Shown here: in pieces, positions 18,232 through 27,350 of the stretch
Layout: each line of letters starts with the position of its first letter
Numbering within the stretch: the first letter of the stretch is position 1
Virus record (IMG/VR): IMGVR_UViG_3300031825_000007
Coordinates: 1,060-65,059 of that record
DNA: 64,000 bases
From: a virus
Direction: 5' to 3' (one strand)
Program-made: the position numbers and the translations under genes
The notes under the pieces: model-generated
Database searches by the model: none
Told to the model about the DNA's origin: nothing
The model's input: the letters and a program-made list of their open reading frames with translations, nothing else

Positions 18232-18731
18232 TAGCGGTAGTCGCCCGAGTTGCCGGGGGTCACGTCGCCGAAGTAGTGGAAGAACAGCGTGCCCGAGAAG
18301 GTCAGCACCTGCGAGCGGTTTTCCCAGTCGCGGTCGGGGTTGTCCATCTGGATGAAGCAGTCCACGATGCGCTTGGCGCGCAGGTACTTCTGCGGCGTGC
18401 CCTCGTACACCTTGGCATTGAACGTGCCGCCTTGCGAGATGAGGTCGATCAGCATGTTGTCGATGGTGCCGGCGACCGTCTCAAGCAGGGAGATTTGCCC
18501 CTGCTGTGCGACCTTGATCTGCTGCGGCTGCCACATCGTGGCGCCGAGCGGCGTAGGAACTTCGACCTCGCCGGTCGGCGAGATTTCGGGCCACGGGCAT
18601 TGCTTCGCCAGCAGCCAGTTGGACTCGAAGCCCTCAATCTCGAAGGCGAAGTCCGAGGAAATGACCTTGGCGCCCAGCGCGCGGGTCGTGTCGTAGTGCC
18701 CCTTCAAAAGGGCGGCGGTGGAGACAGTCAT
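18231..18731 (-). CDS. Tail tube protein (P1 BplB-like), 166 aa
   Basis: ATG 18731 with AAGGA SD; FEIEG...LAKQCPWP...EVEVP...GQISLLET pattern typical of tube folds; own late promoter. Confidence 0.65.
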   Translation of the reverse strand: MTVSTAALLKGHYDTTRALGAKVISSDFAFEIEGFESNWLLAKQCPWPEISPTGEVEVPTPLGATMWQPQQIKVAQQGQISLLETVAGTIDNMLIDLISQGGTFNAKVYEGTPQKYLRAKRIVDCFIQMDNPDRDWENRSQVLTFSGTLFFHYFGDVTPGNSGDYR

Positions 18732-18767
18732 TGCATGTCCTTTCGATGGGTGGATGGACTGATAGCC

Positions 18768-18808
18768 ACTGTATGACACGACCCGCGCGCGGCGCGGCGC
18801 GGTTTTCC
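18768..18808 (-). promoter_or_regulatory. Putative late promoter (tube operon)
   Basis: GGAAAAC(18808-18802)-N28-TACAGT(18773-18768). Confidence 0.7.
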
Positions 18809-18813
18809 GGCGT

Positions 18814-19086
18814 CTATCCGCAGGCTTGGACAGCCGCTTCCAGCTCCGATTCGTAGCCCTGGCGCTGTTTGCGCTCGGCGCGCAAGGCCGCCGTTTGGTC
18901 CCAAATGCCCGCGCCCAGCGGCAGGGCATCGACGGCGAAGGCGGGCTTGGCCGGGGGCGTGATCTTGCACGGTACCGGCGTCGGCACCAGCACCTGCTGG
19001 ACGGACGGCGGCTGCGCTTGCGGCGCATCCGCGCATCCTGCGAGCGCGGCAACGGCGAGGCTGGCGATGATGATGCGGGAGCGCAT
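18814..19086 (-). CDS. o-spanin lipoprotein (Rz1-like), 90 aa
   Basis: Lipobox LAGC, Pro-rich, follows the i-spanin. Confidence 0.8.
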   Translation of the reverse strand: MRSRIIIASLAVAALAGCADAPQAQPPSVQQVLVPTPVPCKITPPAKPAFAVDALPLGAGIWDQTAALRAERKQRQGYESELEAAVQACG

Positions 19087-19088
19087 GG

Positions 19089-19502
19089 CTATTTCCCCCT
19101 CTCGGCTTTCAGTTCAAGGTCAAAGGCATCGCGCGCCGCTACACATTCGTCGGCGCCGGCGGGCGGTTTGGACAGCAAGATGGCGGCAGCTTTCGCCTGA
19201 TAACCCTTCGAGTCGGCCCGCGCCTTGGCGATAGCCACCTGGGCCTGCTGCTCGCGCTCCAGCGCAGCGGCCACGGTCTTCTGCACGGCGTCGTTCTGCT
19301 GCTTGGTCGTGGCGGCCAGGTCTTCGTAGGACTTCTTGAAGCCGTTGGCGCGGTCGTTGGCCTTGTCCGTCGCGTCCTGCGCGGTCTTCACCTGCTGCTT
19401 CAACGCGGCAATCTCCGGGCCGTAGATGACGGCGGTGGCCTTGTAGCCAACCAGCCCCGACAGGACAGCGACGGCCACCAGTTTCCAGAGCAGCGAGTCC
19501 AT
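19089..19502 (-). CDS. i-spanin (Rz-like), 137 aa
   Basis: N-terminal TM, coiled coil and C-terminal Cys; follows the endolysin. Confidence 0.75.
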   Translation of the reverse strand: MDSLLWKLVAVAVLSGLVGYKATAVIYGPEIAALKQQVKTAQDATDKANDRANGFKKSYEDLAATTKQQNDAVQKTVAAALEREQQAQVAIAKARADSKGYQAKAAAILLSKPPAGADECVAARDAFDLELKAERGK

Positions 19503-19503
19503 G

Positions 19504-20424
19504 TCAGTTCTCCCCGAACCAGGCGGCGTAGCGCCCGCGGCGAAGATCCATGACGTTGCGGACGTACTCGCGGTTGATGTCGAAGAACGACTTGCCGTAT
19601 CCGGCGGTCTTGGTCTTCGCCTTGAGGCTGGTCTTTTCGACGTTGCCGAACCAGAGTGCCGGATTGCAGCCCTTCACCTGAGCGCACAGGCGACGGTCGG
19701 ACAGTACGCCGCCCAAGCCGCCGTTGTAGGCGCTGAAGGCCATCGCCAGCCGTTCACGACTGTCGGGCACCATCGCGGCCAGGTAGCGGTACGACGCCCG
19801 ATCCATCAGCACCATCGTGCGCAGTTGGCGCGCGGCGTCGAAGCGATCCGCGTACTTCCAGTCGGCCAGGCTCGGATCGAGCTTGCGCGCCGCCGCGAAG
19901 TTGTCGAACGACGGCGTGACGGTGAGCTGCCCAAGGCCGAACCCGTACTCGCGCGAGGTCTTCAACTCGGTGCGAGGGTTCCAGCACTTCGTCGAAGTCA
20001 GGCTCGGGCACGTCTCCTGCTCGACCTGCGCGGCCATCGCGGAGCGTAGCGGCGCATCGGGCCAGTGGGCTTGCTGCTCGGCGGCCAACACCGGCAGGTA
20101 CTGTACGGCGCCCGCCGGCAGTTCGCCGGCGCCGGCGCGGCCGACGAAGGCCAAGAACAGCAGACCCGTCAGGATCGCCAGTCCGAGAAACGAGAGCCCC
20201 GCGCCGATGGGGTGCTCCAGCGAGCGGCGAAACGCATCGCGCGAGCGAGAGCCGTCGAGCAGCGCGCGCCGCAGCAGGTAGACCGGCCCAGCGATCACGA
20301 AAATCCACGCGGCCCACTGCACACGGGCCAACGTCTCGACGCCGCCGTCCGGGTCGGTGACGTAGTACCAGGCCAGCACTGCGATGGCGCCCACCCACAT
20401 GGTCCAGAGTCGATGTCCACGCAT
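19504..20424 (-). CDS. Endolysin: SLT transglycosylase with multi-TM N-terminal domain, 306 aa
   Basis: Three hydrophobic segments, then AAQVEQET...CWNP...GFGLGQ...SAYNGGLG; ATG 20424 overlaps the holin stop. Confidence 0.8.
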   Translation of the reverse strand: MRGHRLWTMWVGAIAVLAWYYVTDPDGGVETLARVQWAAWIFVIAGPVYLLRRALLDGSRSRDAFRRSLEHPIGAGLSFLGLAILTGLLFLAFVGRAGAGELPAGAVQYLPVLAAEQQAHWPDAPLRSAMAAQVEQETCPSLTSTKCWNPRTELKTSREYGFGLGQLTVTPSFDNFAAARKLDPSLADWKYADRFDAARQLRTMVLMDRASYRYLAAMVPDSRERLAMAFSAYNGGLGGVLSDRRLCAQVKGCNPALWFGNVEKTSLKAKTKTAGYGKSFFDINREYVRNVMDLRRGRYAAWFGEN

Positions 20425-20693
20425 CACGCACCCCCGCTCGTCTGTTCCAGCCCCAGGCGATCTTTCAGCGCCGCCATACGCGCATGGCTTTCGGTCGTCT
20501 CGCGCCGGTCGCGCCGGCGCAGGAAGTAGACATTCACCGCAAGGCTGGCTACCGCGATCAGGATGCCAGCCCAGCCGATCCAGTTTACGGAAAGAAGCCA
20601 CCCCAACACGCCGGTGGCGGCTCCCGCGGTGGTCGTCTTGCTGGAGACCGCAATCGCAGCGGCTTCCGTCGTTACTTTTCCCAGCTCGCTCAT
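20424..20693 (-). CDS. Holin, 89 aa
   Basis: Two hydrophobic segments and basic C-tail (FLRRRDRRE); GAGG SD; first lysis gene. Confidence 0.7.
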   Translation of the reverse strand: MSELGKVTTEAAAIAVSSKTTTAGAATGVLGWLLSVNWIGWAGILIAVASLAVNVYFLRRRDRRETTESHARMAALKDRLGLEQTSGGA

Positions 20694-20914
20694 CGAGTCC
20701 TCGCTGTCATCTTGGCGACGATCCCGCATGCGCGGATCACGTCATTGAGGCGGCTGACAATGGCCGCTTGCGTTTTCAGTTCCGACTCCCTGGCCTTCTT
20801 CCATTCTTCGAAGGCTTTGCCGTCGAAGAAGCGCCGAACGACGCTGGGCTGCATTTGCATGGCGTCGGCCAGGGATGTTGAGGAATATAGGGTGAGGCTA
20901 GATGCCATCCCCAT
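20690..20914 (-). CDS. Small tail/baseplate assembly protein (gp51/T-like), about 74 aa
   Basis: Overlaps the end of the upstream ORF; ATGA-coupled to holin; start uncertain (20914 or 20908). Confidence 0.45.
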   Translation of the reverse strand: MGMASSLTLYSSTSLADAMQMQPSVVRRFFDGKAFEEWKKARESELKTQAAIVSRLNDVIRACGIVAKMTARTR

Positions 20915-20924
20915 GAGGTTTTCC
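20884..20924 (-). promoter_or_regulatory. Putative late promoter inside coding sequence, upstream of the lysis cassette
   Basis: GGAAAAC(20924-20918)-N28-TATATT(20889-20884). Confidence 0.6.
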
Positions 20925-21668
20925 GACCAGTTCGCGCGCCACTCGGGAGAGACAGGTAGAAACCGGAAATCGCGCCGGCGGCAGATCGCCCGCCGCCCCT
21001 CCTTTCGGCAATGCCACGATGCCGTCGCTGGTGAAATCCGTTTTGAAGAGGTGGTGCAGCTTGTCCCGCCCCAAGAAGAACAGCTCCATGAGTGCCGCGA
21101 AGTCGCTCTCCGGGAACGCGGCCATGATCTGCATCCGCGCCACCAGGAATTCATCGAACGAGCCTTCGCCATCCGAAGCGTCGGGCACGCTCTCGCCGGC
21201 GCGCACCATCTGCGCCGCCATCGCACCCAGCAGCCAGTGCAGCCGGCCGGCGACGCCCGGCACCTCGCCGGCCATGCGTTCGATGGACTCGGCCATTGCG
21301 CCGGTCAGGTGCCGGACGTGCCAGATGTCGCCGCCCAACTCGCCTACCTCCAGCGTGGGCGCCGAAGTCTGGATGTCGGTGCTGCCGTCCAGATAGTCCG
21401 AATAGTGACCGTCGCCCAGAGAGAAGTCCGGGCCGTCGTTGGCCGTGGCCGCGAGGTAGTGACACACGGCCAGCATTCGCTCCTGCACCGTCCAGCGCGC
21501 CGGATTGTCGATTCCCTGGGCCGACGCGACAGCGCGACGCAGGAACTCAGTGCAGGCGGACTCTTCGAGGTGCGGCGGCATGGCCGCGAGGGCGATGGCA
21601 TCGCCGATGGTCAGCTCACGCAGTTGCGCCGTCAATCGGCGCGTGCGCAGCGGGGGGAAATGGATCAT
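20898..21668 (-). CDS. Baseplate hub/tail assembly chaperone-like protein, 256 aa
   Basis: Clean ORF in the tail operon; function by position. Confidence 0.5.
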   Translation of the reverse strand: MIHFPPLRTRRLTAQLRELTIGDAIALAAMPPHLEESACTEFLRRAVASAQGIDNPARWTVQERMLAVCHYLAATANDGPDFSLGDGHYSDYLDGSTDIQTSAPTLEVGELGGDIWHVRHLTGAMAESIERMAGEVPGVAGRLHWLLGAMAAQMVRAGESVPDASDGEGSFDEFLVARMQIMAAFPESDFAALMELFFLGRDKLHHLFKTDFTSDGIVALPKGGAAGDLPPARFPVSTCLSRVARELVGKPHGDGI

Positions 21669-21681
21669 GTTCTTCGTCCTC

Positions 21682-22503
21682 CTATAGGGATATGACGGTG
21701 GCGGCGCTCCAGTCCTTGCGGTCTATCGCGGTCAGCGTGCAGAGGGTCATGGGGACAACCAGCTCGACGAACTTGCCGTTGGCATCCACGGGAGAATTCA
21801 GGGGCATGCCGATGGACTCGATCACCAGCGGCGAGAAGATACGGCCCTTGTAGCGCATGGCAATGCGTGTTGGCGATTTCGACGGCATCAGGGCCTCGAT
21901 GTAGCCCATGCCGCCCTTGACTGTCTCCGCGGCGCGCGCGAGCACAGAGCCATCCTTCGACAACTCGATGGGCAACGACCATTCCGCGAGCTTGTTGAAT
22001 GGGGCCTCGACCTCGCTGACGGGATCGCGCCACGCTCGAAATAGCGCCGTCACGGTGATTTTCACAGGCGGCATGCCGTTGAACACCTGGGTGGAGTTCA
22101 GCTTCGTAATGCCGGTGCGCCCCTCGAACTGCTTCAAGAAATCGTTGGATTTCTGTTGGGCACCACCACCCGATGCGTCGCCCTTTTTTCCAATCACCGC
22201 GTCGATAATCGGTTGCAGCGCCCCCGATTGCAGCATCGCCATCAGCGCCGGCGCCTTCGACTCCGGGCCCGCCTGCTCGAACGGGCTCTGCCAGTTCAGG
22301 ACGATTTCCATGCTCGCGTCGCCAAGCGGAGCCATCACTGTCACCGGGTCGGTCTTGTTGGTCACGCGGCCCCAGGTGTCGTCGCCAATCTTCGCTACCT
22401 CGAAGAAGCTGGCAATCAGGTGCGGAGAGAGCCCGTCCCATATAGAGGACAAGGCCCCGCCGTTGAGGCTGGCGGGCATGCCCGCAATAGGAATAGTCGG
22501 CAT
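21682..22503 (-). CDS. Tail/baseplate morphogenesis protein (possible tube-fold), 273 aa
   Basis: Clean ORF between core protein and chaperone genes. Confidence 0.5.
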   Translation of the reverse strand: MPTIPIAGMPASLNGGALSSIWDGLSPHLIASFFEVAKIGDDTWGRVTNKTDPVTVMAPLGDASMEIVLNWQSPFEQAGPESKAPALMAMLQSGALQPIIDAVIGKKGDASGGGAQQKSNDFLKQFEGRTGITKLNSTQVFNGMPPVKITVTALFRAWRDPVSEVEAPFNKLAEWSLPIELSKDGSVLARAAETVKGGMGYIEALMPSKSPTRIAMRYKGRIFSPLVIESIGMPLNSPVDANGKFVELVVPMTLCTLTAIDRKDWSAATVISL

Positions 22504-22566
22504 GGCAAAAAAATGGCGCCGCTGGCAACAGCACAGCAGCGCCCGAGTCCCCCGGAAGCGGTTGGA

Positions 22567-23247
22567 TTACAAGCCCGACTTGCGGCGCAGGCGCATCGAC
22601 TTCAGGCGGCGCATCATGGCGCTGGCCGAATGACTCTTCATTCGCGCCTTGCGGATGGCGACCTTCTGGGCCGGCGACAGACGCACCTTGCCGGAAATGC
22701 GCTTGTTGATGCGGGTCTTCTTGCCGCCGCGCACCGCGAGCGTCTTGCGGTACACCGCATCGAAGGCCGGAGCCTGGTCGTCGTCGCTGAACACGAAGTC
22801 GTCGATGTCGGCGCTGGCCTGATCGTCGCCGTCCGGCAGGGCCGACGCCACGAGGTCGCGCACGCGGTCAGCGGTATCGCTGTCCCAATCATTCAGCAGC
22901 GAGCCGGTGTCATCCTCCGTGGCACCGAGCTGCACCAGGTAATCCCAGGCTGCATTGAGAGCGACTTCCAGCACGCCCTGCTCGTCGTCCGTGATGTCAC
23001 CATCCTTGTTTGCGTCGGCGATGCCGACGAACATCGCCATCAGGCGGTCAGCGTAGCCTTCGCCATCGTTGAGGTCGTCGGTTTCGGCCCATTGCTGGAC
23101 GACCGCCACCGCCGCCATGCTGATGTCGGCGATGGTGTAGTCGTCGGCGCCGGCCAGTGCCGGGTCGTCGGTGCTGGCGTCATCGAGCACCTTCTTGACG
23201 GGCGTGCGGCGCTGCATCGCGCTACGCAACAGTTCGGTCATGCTCAT
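22567..23247 (-). CDS. Prohead core-like protein (acidic body, T4 gp68-like basic C-terminus), 226 aa
   Basis: C-terminal VRGGKK...LSPAQKVAIRKARMKSHSASAMMRRLKSMRLRRK. Confidence 0.55.
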   Translation of the reverse strand: MSMTELLRSAMQRRTPVKKVLDDASTDDPALAGADDYTIADISMAAVAVVQQWAETDDLNDGEGYADRLMAMFVGIADANKDGDITDDEQGVLEVALNAAWDYLVQLGATEDDTGSLLNDWDSDTADRVRDLVASALPDGDDQASADIDDFVFSDDDQAPAFDAVYRKTLAVRGGKKTRINKRISGKVRLSPAQKVAIRKARMKSHSASAMMRRLKSMRLRRKSGL

Positions 23248-23276
23248 GTCAATTTCCTTGTAGTGAAGGGTTGCGG

Positions 23277-24941
23277 TTAGCGGGTCAGCGTCTGGGTGAC
23301 GAAGGTGGCGCGGTTCGTGCCGTCGTAGCGGAGCCTGTACATCACGTCCATCGCGTCATACGGGCGCTGCGCGTTCGGGCGAACATCGAAGGCCCAAGCC
23401 TTGCCGTTCATCGACGGATCGCTCGACGGCACCAGCCAGTCAGCGGCCTCCGCGTTCTCGAACAACGTGGTGAGGAAGTCCCGGGTCTTCTTCACCGAAG
23501 TCGCTATCGGAAATTGCAGGTTGTCCTTCGCCGTGCGCGTCACCGCGTCGTCGATGCTCGTGGACATATCCGCCACCGCGATCAGCTTCTTCAGGCTGGA
23601 ATCGACCAGCGCGCAGGTCAGCGAATCGAGGTACACATAGCGGCCGCCGCCGGTGTAGGTTTCGTACACCACCGGGTTGATCTTCGCCCGCGCGAGCGCG
23701 TTCTTGTTCTGGTCGCGCAGCGTGGTTTCCTGCGAGATACCCGTGCGCTGGATCGGCCATTCGCGGCCGGCGATGGGGTAGTTCTTCGGCGCGAAGCCCT
23801 TGGCGTTCTTCGCGGCGTTGCGCAGGCAGGCGTAGGCGATGTTCAGCGTGGCCGTGCCGAAGTACCCCTTCGGGTTCACGCCAGTGGGATCGTCGGACTT
23901 CAGCGGCGCCCAGAAGGCATGCAGCAGGTGCGCGGTCTGGCTGGCGCCCATGTTCAACTGCTCGACGAACGCCTGGGCGGCCTCGACCGACAGGTTGCCC
24001 GGCACGTCGAATTTCAGTTGCCGGTTCGTGTCGAACGAGAGCTGCGCGAGCTGGGCCAGCAGCGCCGGGGCCTGGGTGGCGCCGGACGAAATATAGGCAT
24101 AGTCGAACTGCGTGTATTGCAGCTTCTCGCGCGCGGCCATGTAGTCCTGCGTGGTGTAGGACGTACCGCCCTCGTCGAAGCACACCAGCACACCCGATTT
24201 GGCCCACTGCTGCTGCCCCGTCGCGCCGTAGCCGTAGGCCACCGAGTCCTCGGCGACCACGGCGGCGTCGCCGATGACGCCGACGGTGACTTCCACGGCG
24301 TTGGTCTGCGAAGCCACCACGTCAGGCAGATAGGCCGAGTTGCCGTAGTCGTCCTTGGCACCCTGCTTCAGCGAGCCGGCGAACTCGTACAGCAGATTGC
24401 TGTCCTTGTCGCGCAGGCGCAGCGTGATGCGGTCGTTTGCCACGTCCACGCCGCCATCCGTCGTTTGCTCGGCATGGAACTCCAGCACGATACCGTCGTT
24501 GAAGCATTCGAGGTGCTTCACCGCCAGCAGGAACGGCGTAGCCGGGATATTCGCGGCCACCGAGTAGACGAAATCGCCGGTCGGCGCCGGATTTTCGCCG
24601 GCGGTCATGCCCACCGTCACCACGGCGTACTTGATGACGGCCGTGGACGGCACCAGGCGCTGGACGATGGCTTGGTAGGCGCCCTTGTTCAGCGCCTCGA
24701 CGACACACACCCAGGCTTCGTTCAGCGCGTTCAGGCGAACCTGCTCACCGCTGCCGAGCTTGGCCTGGACGGTGCCCTTGTCCACGGCGAAGGGCTTGTC
24801 GATGCGGCCGCGGGTGGCTCGCATCATGATGCCGAAAATCTGGTCGGAGTTGTCGGTGCTCGGAATCTCGGAGTTGTCGCGCAGCGGGTTGAGCTGCACG
24901 CCCGATTCTGCACCGAGCTGCCGGGTGAAGGCGGTGGTCAT
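23277..24941 (-). CDS. Contractile tail sheath protein (P1 gp22-like), 554 aa
   Basis: Size, MRATRGRIDKPF, ARAKINPV, strong SD, position after the capsid. Confidence 0.75.
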   Translation of the reverse strand: MTTAFTRQLGAESGVQLNPLRDNSEIPSTDNSDQIFGIMMRATRGRIDKPFAVDKGTVQAKLGSGEQVRLNALNEAWVCVVEALNKGAYQAIVQRLVPSTAVIKYAVVTVGMTAGENPAPTGDFVYSVAANIPATPFLLAVKHLECFNDGIVLEFHAEQTTDGGVDVANDRITLRLRDKDSNLLYEFAGSLKQGAKDDYGNSAYLPDVVASQTNAVEVTVGVIGDAAVVAEDSVAYGYGATGQQQWAKSGVLVCFDEGGTSYTTQDYMAAREKLQYTQFDYAYISSGATQAPALLAQLAQLSFDTNRQLKFDVPGNLSVEAAQAFVEQLNMGASQTAHLLHAFWAPLKSDDPTGVNPKGYFGTATLNIAYACLRNAAKNAKGFAPKNYPIAGREWPIQRTGISQETTLRDQNKNALARAKINPVVYETYTGGGRYVYLDSLTCALVDSSLKKLIAVADMSTSIDDAVTRTAKDNLQFPIATSVKKTRDFLTTLFENAEAADWLVPSSDPSMNGKAWAFDVRPNAQRPYDAMDVMYRLRYDGTNRATFVTQTLTR

Positions 24942-24956
24942 GGCCTGATTCCTTCC

Positions 24957-25532
24957 TTACGCAGCGGCTCCCGACTTGTCGCCTTGGGCATCGCCCTGGG
25001 CCGACGTGTCGGTGGCCTTAGTGTCGTCGCCGGCCGGGGCGTCGCCCGCGCCGTTGGCGTTGTCGGTTCCGGCATCGGCGCCAGCGTTGGCGCTGCCGTC
25101 CGTGCCCGAGCCCGTATCCGCGCCGGCGCCGGTGTCGGTGTCGGTCGCAGCGGCGGCGGCCTTGGCCCTCTTGCCGCTGGCCTTGGCTTGGGTCGTGGCG
25201 GCGGCCGCGTCGGTCGCCGGCGTGCTGGCTTCCACTTCCGTGAAGGTCAGCGCGCTCTTGTAGCGGTTCAACTCGGCGATCTGCTCGACGCTCGACGCCA
25301 CGCGGTGGAACAGGTCGAGGCTGGCGATTTCCACCGCGGCCTGGCTGTCCTTCGCGTTGGAGACGTGGCGCAGGAACAGGCCCGGCACCTCGGGGAACAC
25401 GACGTTGCGCGGCATGAGGTTCTGCGCTACCACCTTCAAGGGGAAGGTCGCGTCGCCGAACACCTCGGCCACCAGGTCGTTGGCGTCCTTCCCGGTGAGG
25501 GAAGGAGCGCCGATTTCAATGCTTCGGGTCAT
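24957..25532 (-). CDS. Virion protein with low-complexity acidic Ala/Gly/Asp/Thr tail, 191 aa
   Basis: GGAG SD; between capsid and sheath. Confidence 0.6.
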   Translation of the reverse strand: MTRSIEIGAPSLTGKDANDLVAEVFGDATFPLKVVAQNLMPRNVVFPEVPGLFLRHVSNAKDSQAAVEIASLDLFHRVASSVEQIAELNRYKSALTFTEVEASTPATDAAAATTQAKASGKRAKAAAAATDTDTGAGADTGSGTDGSANAGADAGTDNANGAGDAPAGDDTKATDTSAQGDAQGDKSGAAA

Positions 25533-25556
25533 GCTGGGCTCCTTGCCTGCCTGCGA

Positions 25557-27239
25557 TTAGCGCAGATCGGTGACGTTGATGACGGCGCAACCCAGCGAGG
25601 ACGGGCCGTGCGGGTTGACCGCCGTGAAATTGCGAGCGTAGAAACCCGCACCTTCGCGCAGGTCATCGCCGGCCAGCAGGGGCTTGACGGTCGGGGGAAC
25701 GGCGTCGCCCAGCACGATGGGGTTGCGCGCCACGTCGGTCGCGCGGCCGACGGCCAGCACGTTGCCGCTGTTGGGGGTTTCGGCGACTTCCTTCGGGGTG
25801 TAGTAGACCTCGTACTGGCCGAACAGGCGGCCCAGGCGGAAGATGCCGGGGCGCGCGGTCAGGCCGGACGGCTCGAACAGCCCGTACTGGGTCAGGCCCA
25901 GCCACTGCGAGGCAATGTCCTTGCCCACGTACAGGTGCGTGATGCCGTGGTTCATCGTGTCCACCGCCATCTGCTGCGAGGCTGCGCCCAGCGTGGGCGC
26001 GAAGTCCTGCCAGATTTGCGCACGGTTCATCTGCTGCGAGCGGTTCGTCCAGTCGAACTCGTAGGTGGACTGGTTGTTCGCGCCCAGGCGACGGCACTTC
26101 GCCAGCACGTTGTAGTGGCGCTCGTTCGCAAACTGGTTCTGGATGGCGATGACGCTCTCGCTATACGGATCGAGGTTCAGTTCGTTCGCCATCTGGGTGC
26201 GTCCGTCGATGCTCTGACGGGTGATGACGCGCCACGGCGCTGCGTACAGCGGGAAGGTGTTGACCGACGTGATGACGGTCGGCGTCACGCTCGAATCGCG
26301 CTCGAAGTCGATGAAGCCCTCGACCGACACGGGAATGGCCGCGGGCATCTTCGGCGCGGTGGTCAGCGCAAACACGCCGGTGTCGGTGTTGATCGTGCCG
26401 CCGATCACGTAGGTAGTGCCAGCGATGGTGATGCCGCCGTTGATCGGCGAGTTGCCCGAGCCGGGGCTGTTGATCGGCTCCTGGGCTGCGACGACGCCAT
26501 TGACGTAGACCAGCGTGCGGCCGCGCAGCAGCTTCACGCCGTTGGCGTCCTGGTCGCAGGTGTCGCTGGTGACTTGGCCCACGGTCAGTTTGCCGCTCAC
26601 GGTACCGTCAGCGGCGAGCGGGTTGGCGGTGTGGACACGGCCCGAGGACACATAGGTGCCGCCCGAATGCGTGCCGTCCAGCAGGTCGTTCTGGGCGTAG
26701 GCGCCGAACGTGCTGCCCGCGTTGTGGCTCACGATGGCGAGCTTCGCTTCGTTCGAGCCGATGTCCGCCGGCAGGTAGTGTGCGAACGGGATAGCCTCGG
26801 CGAAGGTCGTGAGGATCGACACCACGGCGCGGTTCGGCTGGATGGAGCCCTGGTCGTGGTGGACGGACGAGGCCGAATCGAGGATGCCGCGGAACTTGTT
26901 GCGCGCGGCGTCGGTCGTGGCGTAGGCCAGATGCAGGGCCTGCTCGGCCACGTCGGCCGGCACGCTCATGCCGTGCTGCTCTTCGTAGATGCGCACGCCA
27001 TCCAGGATCGCCTTGGTGACGCTTTCGCGTTCGCCGTCGTCCTTGCACTCGTCCAGCACGGCCTGGAGCGTCACCGGGATCTTGGCAGCGCTCTGATTGA
27101 GCGCGCCGGACATGAATTCGTTGGCGGCGACCGAATCGAAGACGCCGCCCTTGGTGGCGCCCCCCTTCAGGTCGTCGATGAACTGGGCTACTTCGGCAGT
27201 CTCGCGCTTGAAGTAATCCTGTTGGATGCGCTTGGTCAT
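25557..27239 (-). CDS. Major capsid protein (P1 gp23-like), 560 aa
   Basis: Size, AAGGA SD, own late promoter, AIPFAHYLPAD and RQSIDGRTQMANELNLD; probable propeptide ending ILD121. Confidence 0.8.
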   Translation of the reverse strand: MTKRIQQDYFKRETAEVAQFIDDLKGGATKGGVFDSVAANEFMSGALNQSAAKIPVTLQAVLDECKDDGERESVTKAILDGVRIYEEQHGMSVPADVAEQALHLAYATTDAARNKFRGILDSASSVHHDQGSIQPNRAVVSILTTFAEAIPFAHYLPADIGSNEAKLAIVSHNAGSTFGAYAQNDLLDGTHSGGTYVSSGRVHTANPLAADGTVSGKLTVGQVTSDTCDQDANGVKLLRGRTLVYVNGVVAAQEPINSPGSGNSPINGGITIAGTTYVIGGTINTDTGVFALTTAPKMPAAIPVSVEGFIDFERDSSVTPTVITSVNTFPLYAAPWRVITRQSIDGRTQMANELNLDPYSESVIAIQNQFANERHYNVLAKCRRLGANNQSTYEFDWTNRSQQMNRAQIWQDFAPTLGAASQQMAVDTMNHGITHLYVGKDIASQWLGLTQYGLFEPSGLTARPGIFRLGRLFGQYEVYYTPKEVAETPNSGNVLAVGRATDVARNPIVLGDAVPPTVKPLLAGDDLREGAGFYARNFTAVNPHGPSSLGCAVINVTDLR

Positions 27240-27301
27240 GGTTTCGTGTCCTTTCGGAGAAGTTCAAACACTGGAACGCCGGCAGCAGCCGACTTCCGGC
27301 T

Positions 27302-27342
27302 ATTCTCGAAGGGGCACAACTAGACCACGGGGGCGTTTTTCC
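27302..27342 (-). promoter_or_regulatory. Putative late promoter (capsid operon)
   Basis: GGAAAAA(27342-27336)-N28-GAGAAT(27307-27302). Confidence 0.6.
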
Positions 27343-27350
27343 GCTTTTTG

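Noticed and set aside
20915-20930. Classic -1 slippery site for a tail chaperone
   Set aside because: The downstream ORF is in the +1/-2 frame and no X-XXY-YYZ heptamer is in the required frame.
22504-22566. Expected eighth late promoter upstream of the gene starting at 22503
   Set aside because: Best alignment gives GGACTCG-N28-CATTTT, too poor a match to call.
23271-27323. 1350-aa plus-strand ORF
   Set aside because: Antisense shadow of the sheath and capsid genes.
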